Notes: generated by a model from the sequence alone, not told the origin. A stretch of DNA of 63,528 nucleotides, filler included, from Octopus bimaculoides (GCF_001194135.2; 5 parts of 5 records of this genome joined end to end with filler, not necessarily neighbours in it), one strand, 5' to 3'. Shown: positions 51,557-63,528, counted from the whole stretch's first letter. Made by a program: numbers and translations.

Positions 51557-52508
51557 ACCTCAGTGTTTTGTTTCAAACTCTTTCTCTTACACAGTACACG
51601 TCACTATTTTTTCCTGTAAATTGATACAACCATCATATGCATATCTCAATGTAAGCAATATCCTAATTTTATTCAAGCGTTTCATTTCTATTTCAATAAC
51701 ATTTAAAATCTTGTTTTAGCATATACGTTATAATAAACGCTTTAGTTGTTTCGAAAAGCGGTAATGCGAAACCGTGAGCAAGATACGGTATAAATGACAG
51801 TTGCTATTTTCTGTTATTATACATAAACACACATATATGTATACATACATATGTGAATGTTTTTTTGTCAGAGTGTGTAAATAATATTAGCAACAGACGA
51901 AATATTGTGTAACACTATCTGTACTGTATTTATAAATAGACGCGTATGCCTGTCAACACGTTTCTTCGCAATTCGATAGATAAACTTTACAGTTGATGTT
52001 TACGTATAGCACTTCCATTGCTCAAATCGGACATAGACGTAAAACATACTAAATCACACACGCACAAACATATATTTGTCTATATGTCTATATGTGTACA
52101 TATATATACATATATATATATATACATAGAGATAGAGGGAGAGAGAGAGACAACATGTGTATGTTTCTGCGTTTATCGATATATGCGGCTTGTCTAGATG
52201 TGTGACGTATGTACGTGTTGTTAATATTCTTCTCTTGAAGGTTTTTTTCTTGTTTTTTTTTTTTTGTCGCCAATACGAATGAAGAGATTAAAAAGTTATT
52301 CAGAACTAACATGATAAAACAATAAGTCATATTAAAGATATTTTGAAAACACGCTTAGAACGCACAGACACTCGACTTGGATACATAAACACAGATAGAA
52401 ACAAACTCACATAGATATTTATATACAGATGTACGTATGCTTGAGTTTATAAATATGTGTGTGCGTGTACACACACACATATATACACACAGTTAGATAG
52501 ATAGATAA

Positions 52509-52534
<26 letters not shown>

Positions 52535-52543
<9 letters not shown>

Positions 52544-52753
52544 CATTTCTTTTATTAGCCACACAGGGCTCAACGAAGATGGGACAAATACAATGTAGAG
52601 CTTTTCTTTTTGGGAGGGGAAGGAAAAAAAAGGGGGGCGATCAAAAGGGATCGNNNNNNNNNNNNNNNNNNNNNNNNNNNNNNNNNNNNNNNNNNNNTTA
52701 ATTAATTAANNNNNNNNNNNNNNNNNNNNNNNNNNNNNNNNNNNNNNNNNNNN

Positions 52754-52798
<45 letters not shown>

Positions 52799-53200
52799 TA
52801 TACAGACATGTATATAAATATATACGTTGCGTGCATGCGTGCGTGTGTGTGCGTGTGCGTGTGTGTGTATGTGTGTCATTGTACATCCGTAAATGGCGTG
52901 CAACATCTCGTAATACTTATAACATATAGCCGTGTCTAGTTTGTCCTTGCTGTTCCACTGCTTGAAGGGAGTCCCCACCTGTGTCCCACCAAGCTGGTCT
53001 TCTTTTTTTTATTTCTTCTTTTTCGCTCCTTTCCTCCTTCTAGCCCTCAAGTGTTAAAACGAAGAAAGGCCCCTACAAGCTAAGCAACACACACGCTGGG
53101 TTGACAATGCCCAGGAGCAGAATTAGAGTATCCACCAGTCCTACGGTTCTTCCTGTCCAGCGCGACAAAGTGCCAACATCTGCAGACGACAAACGACTAG
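52535..53200 (-). mobile_element. Probable LINE 3'-UTR fragments (polyA signal and (GATA)n-associated tail at 52535-52615)
   Basis: Reverse complement of 52540-52600 ends ...ccctgtgtggctaataaaagaaatgtatctatc. 53040-53200 looks like the same kind of repeat UTR. Recall only. Confidence 0.35.
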
Positions 53201-54777
53201 CTTCCTTGCTTTTCTGTCTTCCGTTTTTCCACCCTCCGTTCTTCCTGTCTTCTCCTTCATTCTCCCTTATGTTTCTTTCTTCAGTTCTTGCTTTCTTTAT
53301 TGCTTTCTTCCTCCCTTTCTTCTTTCTCTCTTTCTTTTTGTATATTCGGGTGCCATTTTTTTATATTCTTTGTAGTGTTGCCTTCTTTTTGCGTATTCAA
53401 ATAAGTGCATGTGAAATTTTGAGTTGTTGTACACACATGCAAACACATACCTGCACACATATACTTNNNNNNNNNNNNNNNNNNNNNNNNNNNNNNNNNN
53501 NNNNNNNNNNNNNNNNNNNNNNNNNNNNNNNNNNNNNNNNNNNNNNNNNNNNNNNNNNNNNNNNNNNNNNNNNNNNNNNNNNNNNNNNNNNNNNNNNNNN
53601 NNNNNNNNNNNNNNNNNNNNNNNNNNNNNNNNNNNNNNNNNNNNNNNNNNNNNNNNNNNNNNNNNNNNNNNNNNNNNNNNNNNNNNNNNNNNNNNNNNNN
53701 NNNNNNNNNNNNNNNNNNNNNNNNNNNNNNNNNNNNNNNNNNNNNNNNNNNNNNNNNNNNNNNNNNNNNNNNNNNNNNNNNNNNNNNNNNNNNNNNNNNN
53801 NNNNNNNNNNNNNNNNNNNNNNNNNNNNNNNNNNNNNNNNNNNNNNNNNNNNNNNNNNNNNNNNNNNNNNNNNNNNNNNNNNNNNNNNNNNNNNNNNNNN
53901 NNNNNNNNNNNNNNNNNNNNNNNNNNNNNNNNNNNNNNNNNNNNNNNNNNNNNNNNNNNNNNNNNNNNNNNNNNNNNNNNNNNNNNNNNNNNNNNNNNNN
54001 NNNNNNNNNNNNNNNNNNNNNNNNNNNNNNNNNNNNNNNNNNNNNNNNNNNNNNNNNNNNNNNNNNNNNNNNNNNNNNNNNNNNNNNNNNNNNNNNNNNN
54101 NNNNNNNNNNNNNNNNNNNNNNNNNNNNNNNNNNNNNNNNNNNNNNNNNNNNNNNNNNNNNNNNNNNNNNNNNNNNNNNNNNNNNNNNNNNNNNNNNNNN
54201 TATATATATATATATATATATAAATATATATATATATACCAATAAATATATGTACATATATGTGTGTATGCGTGCGCGTCCCTAAATTCTTATATAATGA
54301 TGTTTCAAGTTGTTGTGGTTGCTAATTCTTAACTCTTCATGATCTGAAGGGCATTGCCCGTAGCCCATGTGTTAAAGGGTTATGGAGACACTCAGCACAT
54401 ATATGAGTGAATGAACTCCCTGATGACTATGTGGGTACAAATGGATGGGTCACAGGTCGGAGTACTGGCAATGTGGCTGGAAGCATGAATGCATGTGGCA
54501 ATGGCGGAATGAATTCTGCTTACCAGAAAGAGAATCTCAGCTGGATTCGGACATTATCCAATGTGATGAAATATTCTGATTTTTCTCATTGAACACACTC
54601 AAGCACACATACTAAAGCACTCATATGCATAAATACGTGCATTTACACAGTCAAACACACACATATACAAGAATATACACATTTACTCGCACTCATTACT
54701 CTCTAGTACACACACGTCTTGGTATTTGATACGGCGTTGAGTGAATCTATTTTTGCAAATCGTTGAAGTATTATTTG

Positions 54778-54821
<44 letters not shown>

Positions 54822-56562
54822 CCAGCTAAATATGGTGCTCTAATACAGGACGATGTTACTGCTGTTTTTAGCCTCGGGAAGACATCTTCTCCAGCTGGCT
54901 AACAACACACTCTTGGTCCTTGCTGTTCTGCTGCTTGAAGGGAGTCCCCAACTGTGTTCCACCAAGGTGGTCGTATTATTATTAGTATTATTATCATTAT
55001 TATTATTATTATTTGTCAATACGTCTGCAACGATCGACTCTAGGAGACGCATCAATCAAACGGTACCTCGATACGAAGATGAAGTCGAAGTGATGTTGAC
55101 GTTATAAACGATAAACGTAAGAGATTGCATGCCGTCGGATCGTATCCTCTTCCTTGAAGCTAATTTGGTAACTGCTCGGCCATAGATGAATCCATGCTTT
55201 CGGCAACACACTATTTTAAAGTTACACTTCGATTCCACTTTGCATATCCTCAAAAATGTAATTACTGTACCCATAGAAATGTGATTAAGAATTTTTCTGC
55301 AAAATGACCAGTATGGTTCTAACAGCGCAGTACCTTGATAAAATGACTTTTAACACAAGTTGTGCCCCACCGAGGCACAAGTCCAGGCATGGTTGTTTTT
55401 GGGGAAGAAATGGGTACTTCTAACTTTGTAATCTAACATTGTGGCCTCAAATTTTAACATACTTCATTGTATTACAACCATGCTAAATAAAGTATCAATT
55501 CTATACCAAGTACTGCATCGAGGCGTTTCCTCCGACGTGCAGAATTCTTGCGCAAAACATCCTTTCTCACAGGAAATAAAATAAGCAATTTCTTATATTA
55601 GTTCAAATTAAGGTGCTTCTCACACGTGATGATTATGATAATTGATTTAGTCACTATAATTTTAATCATGTACAGATAGGTAAATAAACAGATGGTAAGA
55701 GTCATGTCAGGGTTACCATGATAGGCTAGACAATTGTAGGTAATTGAGAGATAAATTTCTCATTTGTAAATCCTTCAATAAAACATATCTGAAATGGCAA
55801 ATTTAAAACCAGACGATAATGGAAGCCAATTTATTTTCAAAGTTATTGTGGCATATTCATATTGATATGTAAATAGGATTAAATATGTTGAACCTCACTA
55901 ATAAGATTATTTAATTAGCATATTAAACGATTTCAAACTTTTATAGGACGCATATTTGTTTGAAGAATTTGTTAGAAAAAAGTCACTCTGAATCGTTGCT
56001 ATCGGAATTGCCAAAATTACACGCACATAAAAGCTCTGAGACAAACAGTTACAAAGAAGCATGAGCTCGCACAAACACACAGATTCAGGCACACACGCAC
56101 ACACACTCACACACCATTATAAAACTATATGCATATATGCATATATGTATATATNNNNNNNNNNNNNNNNNNNNNNNNNNNNNNNNNNNNNNNNNNNNNN
56201 NNNNNNNNNNNNNNNNNNNNNNNNNNNNNNNNNNNNNNNNNNNNNNNNNNNNNNNNNNNNNNNNNNNNNNNNNNNNNNNNNNNNNNNNNNNNNNNNNNNN
56301 NNNNNNNNNNNNNNNNNNNNNNNNNNNNNNNNNNNNNNNNNNNNNNNNNNNNNNNNNNNNNNNNNNNNNNNNNNNNNNNNNNNNNNNNNNNNNNNNNNNN
56401 NNNNNNNNNNNNNNNNNNNNNNNNNNNNNNNNNNNNNNNNNNNNNNNNNNNNNNNNNNNNNNNNNNNNNNNNNNNNNNNNNNNNNNNNNNNNNNNNNNNN
56501 NNNNNNNNNNNNNNNNNNNNNNNNNNNNNNNNNNNNNNNNNNNNNNNNTATATACATATGAT

Positions 56563-56898
56563 GAGACCTCCGTCGGTCATGACTGACCATGGGATTGCAC
56601 CTAGATAGTTACCCTCCGAGGCACAAGTCCGGGCAAGGTTGTTTTATGGAAGACCAGCAGTCGCCCATGCATACTGGCCTCCCTTCTCCACGCCACCCAG
56701 TGTTATCCAAGGAAAAAGCAAAGGGGCCGATACAGCTTGGCACCTGCGACGTCGCAACTCATTTCTACAGCTGAGTGAACTGGAGCAACATGAAATAAGG
56801 TGTCTAGCTCAAGAACACAACACGCAGCCCGGTCTCGGATTCGAACTCGCAACCTCGCGATCATAAGCTCGACGCTATAACCACTGAGCCATGCGCCT
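56563..56898 (-). mobile_element. Family-C tRNA-derived SINE, full length, young
   Basis: Reverse-complement head AGGCGCATGGCTCAGTGGTTATAGCG...GAGTTCGAATCCGAGACC has A box TGGCTCAGTGG and B box GTTCGAATCC, then a ~260-nt body. Fragments at 55365-55410 and 58779-58830. Confidence 0.85.
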
Positions 56899-57547
56899 TG
56901 ACTACACTGTAGGTACTTGCGTTTTAGTTCTTTCTAGAACCCATGTCATAAATACATTTTATGATTCAATTATTATAGCAGTTATGATAATTAATATTCT
57001 TTGCTTTTATTTGAACAAGTATTTGTATATTCTTCATTTTTATAAAATAAAAACGGATTAAATTATTTAATTGGATATCATTAAAAAATTACCATCGTAT
57101 CTGGAGCACCTAATTTTTTCAGCCATTTTGTAAACCGTGCAAGATATTAGTTTAAAATATTGACATGGCAATAAGTAAATTATTTCCATAAATGTAATTA
57201 TACAGTTATTATTGTTAAACCTATTTAGTCATTAGAGAATATACAATATATAATTATGATACCGTTGTTAATTAATGTTAGATATTCTTTTCAACAATTA
57301 TCGAGTCTGCAATGAAGAGGCCAGATTTTAACTAAAACTTGTCAGTAGATATATTTAATGCTGTTGCCTATTAAATGGAGATATTTAATAGCTCTTGGTA
57401 ATTATTGGATATACATACTGTAAATACAATTAGGAATAAATTGAATAATACATCTTATGTGATATTAGAAAATGTTCTTCGTATCAGACTGGAGGCTATA
57501 GACCGGAATAGTCGGATATCATTTTTAAGAACTAGAGTTATATATAT

Positions 57548-57594
<47 letters not shown>

Positions 57595-57609
57595 CAGAGA
57601 GAGACAGAC

Positions 57610-57640
<31 letters not shown>

Positions 57641-57679
57641 TAGATAGATAGATACATACATATATACCTATATATATAC

Positions 57680-57711
<32 letters not shown>

Positions 57712-57724
57712 ATATATATATACC

Positions 57725-57764
57725 GGCCATGACGAAGGGAAATAGCCCTGAAACTCGAGTCGCC
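57725..57764 (+). ncRNA. Candidate minimal type-I hammerhead ribozyme
   Basis: GGC-C-A-UGACGA-AGGG(AAAUAG)CCCU-GAAAC-UCGA-GUC-GCC: stem I GGC/GCC, stem II AGGG/CCCU, palindromic helix III ACUCGAGU, GUC cleavage triplet. One extra A in the core. Confidence 0.6.
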
Positions 57765-59260
57765 TTTATATATTTATATTTATATTTATATAATTTGTAT
57801 ATATGTACATATATATTATTTTACTAAGCAGATTACTACATGTGACAAACCACTGTATAATTAATATCTAAGTAGTATTAAATTTCAGATTTGTAAAGCA
57901 ATTTCAATACATGAAATTGTTCTTCCTTCTTAAGCTGTAGCATTTTCGTTTATCAGTATATACTACTACATTGCAGATTTTGAGAAAATATATTTTCTCA
58001 AACAAGGATTTCATTTCGGTATATTTTGATTTACCTTAACGTGCATCCATATCTAAAGCAGTTTCCTAAGCTCTTTCTCTGAGCGTGATAATATATACCG
58101 TCACCTGATATTCTAGTTTAACGATCTGTGTTCAACAAAAATACTTCATTGCTGGCTTCTATTAATAGATTTTTACTGAGTTTCATTTAATATTAATTAT
58201 ATTTATTATTAGTATAAATTTATTTACATAAACGAACAACAATCAAAATGTTATTATATTTGAGACAAGTTTTTTTTTAGACAATCAAAGAAGCTGCATT
58301 TAACACTCAATTACAAATAAACTCCATATGATAATATGTATTGGTTTATTATTGGATAGTACTTTCCTTGTATATTTAAACGAAATGATAATATTCAGGT
58401 GTATACGCACACACACATATACCTGTATACATATATCTCTCTATCTGTCTATCTATCTATTTATCTCTCCCAAGATATGTGTATACATACATATATGTAT
58501 CATCATTTCGCATTTATCTTGCTTCAAAATGTTGGTTCCCTGACGCTGAATATATGTGCAATTCCGGCACCTCTTACTTCTTTGGAGTAGAGTGCACATA
58601 TATTTTGAAACATATATAGGAATTAAATATAATTTTGTTTATATGCGTTTTGCTCCATTTACTATTATTATTCATATATNNNNNNNNNNNNNNNNNNNNN
58701 NNNNNNNNNNNNNNNNNNNNNNNTTAATTAATTAANNNNNNNNNNNNNNNNNNNNNNNNNNNNNNNNNNNNNNNNNNNNGGGGGGGGTAACTTTCTAGGT
58801 GAAATCCTATAGTCATGCATTACCGAAGCGAGTGTACAGTTCCGTGATGGTAAGATAAATAAAAAAAAGTACTGGTAAGAGATAAATATTATTTAATAAA
58901 CACTGTAAGTTTTCATGTGCTACTGTTCGGTTCATGTGCTGAGAACATGCCAAACATTGTTTTATAACACGTCTGGTGTCCCAGTACAATCATTAGACAC
59001 TGCACATATGGTATAACGAACTATATTTGAGACGAGAGAGAGGCGAGAAGAAAGTATATATAAAACGTGGAAGGTTGAAAACCGGAAAACGAAGAGTAAT
59101 CAGAAAGAAATAAGAAAGGAATAAGAGTTATTTCCCTTCGGCTATAAACTATAGGGCTTTCCTATAAGTAGGTTATCTCCCTTGGCTAGGCGGCGCTCCA
59201 TGTAGATAATTAAACTTCCGGAGGCTAACCCACGCCATTGTTATTGTTTTACGTCTTATC

Positions 59261-59613
59261 ATGGATATAAAGCAGCTTGATGATTCATGTATCGAAGTAC
59301 TTAATGTGCCTGAGTTAAAGAAATATTTAAGATTATATGGACAGTATGTTACTGGAAGAAAGGCGGACTTGATTGAAAGGTATAAAAATTCTTTCGATAT
59401 GTCAACAAAGTAAATTCATCGGACGATAAGTCTGAAGTATCGGACGATACTTCAGACAGGAATAAGCAGAAGTTTATATCTCCTCTCGGTGAAGTATTGC
59501 CTGATCTAAAGATCTTTGTAAGTTGCCGAATTTCACAGATAATGACATAATTACCTCGTGCTACGGATGAAAGCAAAGCAACAGTTAAGGAGTGGCATAT
59601 TTTACCACGACNN
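59261..59613 (+). pseudogene. SAP-domain protein N-terminus, frameshifted and truncated by a gap; probable DNA-transposon accessory gene
   Basis: ATG 59261: MDIKQLDDSCIEVLNVPELKKYLRLYGQYVTGRKADLIER fits the SAP consensus (L.V.ELK..L...G...TG.KA.LIERL). This frame stops at 59413. Coding-like text continues in other frames: KFISPLGEVLPDLK, KLPNFTDNDI, LRMKAKQQLRSGIFYHD. Confidence 0.7.
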
Positions 59614-60245
59614 NNNNNNNNNNNNNNNNNNNNNNNNNNNNNNNNNNNNNNNNNNNNNNNNNNNNNNNNNNNNNNNNNNNNNNNNNNNNNNNNNNNNNNN
59701 NNNNNNNNNNNNNNNNNNNNNNNNNNNNNNNNNNNNNNNNNNNNNNNNNNNNNNNNNNNNNNNNNNNNNNNNNNNNNNNNNNNNNNNNNNNNNNNNNNNN
59801 NNNNNNNNNNNNNNNNNNNNNNNNNNNNNNNNNNNNNNNNNNNNNNNNNNNNNNNNNNNNNNNNNNNNNNNNNNNNNNNNNNNNNNNNNNNNNNNNNNNN
59901 NNNNNNNNNNNNNNNNNNNNNNNNNNNNNNNNNNNNNNNNNNNNNNNNNNNNNNNNNNNNNNNNNNNNNNNNNNNNNNNNNNNNNNNNNNNNNNNNNNNN
60001 NNNNNNNNNNNNNNNNNNNNNNNNNNNNNNNNNNNNNNNNNNNNNNNNNNNNNNNNNNNNNNNNNNNNNNNNNNNNNNNNNNNNNNNNNNNNNNNNNNNN
60101 NNNNNNNNNNNNNNNNNNNNNNNNNNNNNNNNNNNNNNNNNNNNNNNNNNNNNNNNNNNNNNNNNNNNNNNNNNNNNNNNNNNNNNNNNNNNNNNNNNNN
60201 NNNNNNNNNNNNNNNNNNNNNNNNNNNNNNNNNNNNNNNNNNNNN

Positions 60246-60593
60246 GGTCATAGGATCACAGTTTCGATTCTCAGACCGGGCGTTGTGAGTGTTTATTGAG
60301 CGAAAACACCTAAAGCTTCACGAGGCTCCGGCAGGGGGATAGTGGCGAACCCTGCTGTACTCTTTCACCACAACTTTCTCTCACTTTTACTTCCTGTTTC
60401 TGTTGTGCCTGTAATTCAAAGGGTCAGCCTTGTCACACTGTGCCACGCTGAATATCCCGAGAACTACGTTAAGGGTACACGTGTCTGTGGAGTGCACAGC
60501 CACTTGCACGTTAATTTCACGTGCAGGCTGTTCCGTTGATCGGATCAAACTGGAATCCTCGACGTCGTAAGCGACGGAGTGCCAACAACAACA
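60246..60593 (+). mobile_element. Family-D SINE (tRNA-like head remnant, distinct body, (AAC)n tail)
   Basis: Starts ...gtttcgattctcagaccgggcgttgtgagtgtttattgagcgaaaacacc and ends gacggagtgccaacaacaacaa. The same tail recurs at 61144-61162. Confidence 0.65.
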
Positions 60594-61001
60594 AATTTGA
60601 GACAAGAGAAAGGCGAGAAGAAAGTATATATAAAAAGTGGAAGGTTGAAAAAGCGGAAAACGAAGAGTTTAAAGAAGGGAATAAGAGTTATTTCCCTTCG
60701 ACTATAAACTATAAGATTTGAAAGCCAGTAGGTTTGAGCCTATGGTACAGTTACTTAATGGATCTAGAATTCAGCAGAATTCAGTTCTTTCAGCTATGGA
60801 TAGCTTACATTTTTTTGATCCGTAAATACATAGTCTGGATTTGTCGATTATTTTCCGCTTCATTGTATGCGGTGTTGTGTTCAATTTCAAACTCCATACA
60901 TGGCTATCCAACTTAGTAGCTTTGCTTTTGTCCGTTTGTCGCTATGCTAATCACATATCTTTCCTTCTGCACACACGTTTTGTAGTATTTAATGCATTTT
61001 C

Positions 61002-61044
<43 letters not shown>

Positions 61045-61162
61045 NNNNNNNNNNNNNNNNNNNNNNNNNNNNNNNNNNNNNNNNNNNNTTAATTAATTAA
61101 NNNNNNNNNNNNNNNNNNNNNNNNNNNNNNNNNNNNNNNNNNNNGAGTGCCAACAACAACAA

Positions 61163-61545
61163 CAGGCGCAGCCATGACTCTGTAGTTAAGAAGCTCGCTT
61201 TGTAGTCACACGGTTTCGGGCTCAGTCTCACTGTGCGGCACCTAGGGCAAGTGTCTTCTACTATAGCCCCGGGATGATCAATGCTTTGTGCGTGCATTTG
61301 GTGCAGGGAAGCTGTATGAAAGCCCATCCTGTATGTGTACGTGCACTGGCGTGCGCATTTTATTCTCTTTCACTGTTTGACAATCGATATCGGTTTGTTT
61401 ATGTCCACGTAATTTTGCAGTTTGGCAAGAACCCGACGGAATACATCCTAGATTTTGAGAATAAGTCGACTCGTTCGACTAAAACACTTCAAAATGGTGC
61501 TCCAGCACCGTTGCAGTCCAATAAATGAAACAAGTACAAGATGAA
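61163..61545 (+). mobile_element. Family-A SINE, full length, diverged
   Basis: aggcgcagccatgactctgtagttaag...ggcacctagggcaagtgtcttctactatagccc...gtgctccagcaccgttgcagtcc...gaaacaagtacaag. Confidence 0.8.
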
Positions 61546-61699
61546 AATATATAAAATGAAAATTTACGAAACAATATCAGGATTGAACCGGATATTATCT
61601 TTATGGGTGAAGGTTATTGAAATACAACCATTTTACCGACCAGGTCTTGTAGATTTAGATATTATAATATCGTTTCTACAATATTCACAAGATCTGAAA

Positions 61700-61883
61700 T
61701 TATGTGGGATGTGAGAGAGTCAATTACATTGACTCCAGTGTTCAACTGATATTTATTTCAACGTCCCCGAAGGATAACAAGCAATGTCGTTCTCAGGAGC
61801 ATTCGAACTCAGAACGTAAAGTCGTATGAAAGGCCGCTAAGCATATTGTAGGGCGCGATAACGATTTTGCCATCTCGACGCCT
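61700..61883 (-). mobile_element. Family-B SINE, diverged
   Basis: ttcgaactcagaacgtaaag...ccgctaagcata...ataacgattttgccatctcgacgcc resembles 33510-33729. Confidence 0.65.
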
Positions 61884-63528
61884 CAGTACTTTTACTCAAG
61901 AACAGAATGCAGTACCCGCTCCAATAAGCGAAACCACAATCTTGAGATTGTTAGTGCAACGCTCCTAACCACAAGACCACGCACTTTCACATTTCTCAGG
62001 TACCATAATATCATAGTTACATCGTGGTCCGCCTTGCTCGGTAGCTCTACAACTCCTTTATTGAGCCTTAGAGTATACTCTTAGAAGCTATCCCAATAGT
62101 TTTTTTTGTTTTTTTTGTTTTTTTCTAGCTGAAACTTAACTTCTTCCGAAATAAATGTATAAAGGAAGGAATCGAATAAAGATTTTAAATAAATGTGAAG
62201 TAAAAAGTGTAGTAAATAAATAATGGATTCTATAGAAACCTTAACATTAAATTATAGCAGAGTCTTGTAGCTTTGAGATAAGTCTAATTCTATTAAAAAA
62301 ACAAAAAAAAATTACCCAAATCATACTGTTTTGTANNNNNNNNNNNNNNNNNNNNNNNNNNNNNNNNNNNNNNNNNNNNNNNNNNNNNNNNNNNNNNNNN
62401 NNNNNNNNNNNNNNNNNNNNNNNNNNNNNNNNNNNNNNNNNNNNNNNNNNNNNNNNNNNNNNNNNNNNNNNNNNNNNNNNNNNNNNNNNNNNNNNNNNNN
62501 NNNNNNNNNNNNNNNNNNNNNNNNNNNNNNNNNNNNNNNNNNNNNNNNNNNNNNNNNNNNNNNNNNNNNNNNNNNNNNNNNNNNNNNNNNNNNNNNNNNN
62601 NNNNNNNNNNNNNNNNNNNNNNNNNNNNNNNNNNNNNNNNNNNNNNNNNNNNNNNNNNNNNNNNNNNNNNNNNNNNNNNNNNNNNNNNNNNNNNNNNNNN
62701 NNNNNNNNNNNNNNNNNNNNNNNNNNNNNNNNNNNNNNNNNNNNNNNNNNNNNNNNNNNNNNNNNNNNNNNNNNNNNNNNNNNNNNNNNNNNNNNNNNNN
62801 NNNNNNNNNNNNNNNNNNNNNNNNNNNNNNNNNNNNNNNNNNNNNNNNNNNNNNNNNNNNNNNNNNNNNNNNNNNNNNNNNNNNNNNNNNNNNNNNNNNN
62901 NNNNNNNNNNNNNNNNNNNNNNNNNNNNNNNNNNNNNNNNNNNNNNNNNNNNNNNNNNNNNNNNNNNNNNNNNNNNNNNNNNNNNNNNNNNNNNNNNNNN
63001 NNNNNNNNNNNNNNNNNNNNNNNNNNNNNNNNNNNNNNNNNNNNNNNNNNNNNNNNNNNNNNNNNNNNNNNNNNNNNNNNNNNNNNNNNNNNNNNNNNNN
63101 NNNNNNNNNNNNNNNNNNNNNNNTATATCGATGTATGGATGTTGGTATAGCTATGCTAGGCATTTATATATATACATTTATTACTTTTATGTACATGTGT
63201 GTATTATATGTATATATAATATATAGATGATGTATATATATATATATTTGTATATATATGTGTGTGTGTGTGTAACACATGCACTCATAAGTTACATTTA
63301 TGTGTATGTGTATATGGTTAAGTGTGCAAAGAAAATATTTTTAAGCTTGTTTTATTTTTGTGTTGTTTTTTGCTGTATATTTCTTTTTAATTTTTTTTTT
63401 CCCTCCCCACCGAACTTAATGTTCTGAAGGGATGACAACACAGATTAACAAAGAAGGTGAACAATGTTAATATGGCTACGTTAAAGGGTAAGAAAACATT
63501 ACATACACACACACACACACACACACAC

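Noticed and set aside
54407-54592. Gly/Asn-rich 61-aa ORF
   Set aside because: No recognisable motif or convincing splice context.
56825-56898. tRNA-like sequence with A and B boxes
   Set aside because: It is the head of a SINE with a ~260-nt body attached and no complete acceptor stem, so not a tRNA gene.
20702-63230. Many long ORFs rich in X, IYIY, VCVC, LSLS, poly-L or poly-V
   Set aside because: They are translations of N gaps and microsatellites, not genes.

Overview
AT-rich, microsatellite-dense animal genomic DNA with many N gaps. The repeat content (tRNA-derived CORE-like SINEs, (TA)n/(CA)n tracts) suggests an octopus/coleoid cephalopod; this is inference. The only host coding sequence I can firmly identify is one 134-nt minus-strand exon (12291-12424) of a SMAP1/2-type ArfGAP gene. 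The left ~29 kb is its CpG-poor intron sequence. It holds a decayed R4/Dong-type LINE, a mariner with both TIRs and TA target sites inserted into an RTE-type reverse-transcriptase remnant, a fold-back MITE-like element next to the exon, a head-to-tail Helitron pair, nested SINEs and a hammerhead-ribozyme-like motif. The right ~34 kb is richer in CpG and has no confidently identifiable gene. It contains SINEs of several families, LINE fragments, two more minimal hammerhead-like motifs, a few candidate orphan exons, and a SAP-domain ORF missed by the ORF track, probably a DNA-transposon accessory gene, bracketed by ~120-bp direct repeats. Four TTAATTAATTAA linkers inside N runs are assembly artefacts, so contiguity across them is unproven. 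I found no convincing novel system; the best leads are the hammerhead motifs and the SAP element.
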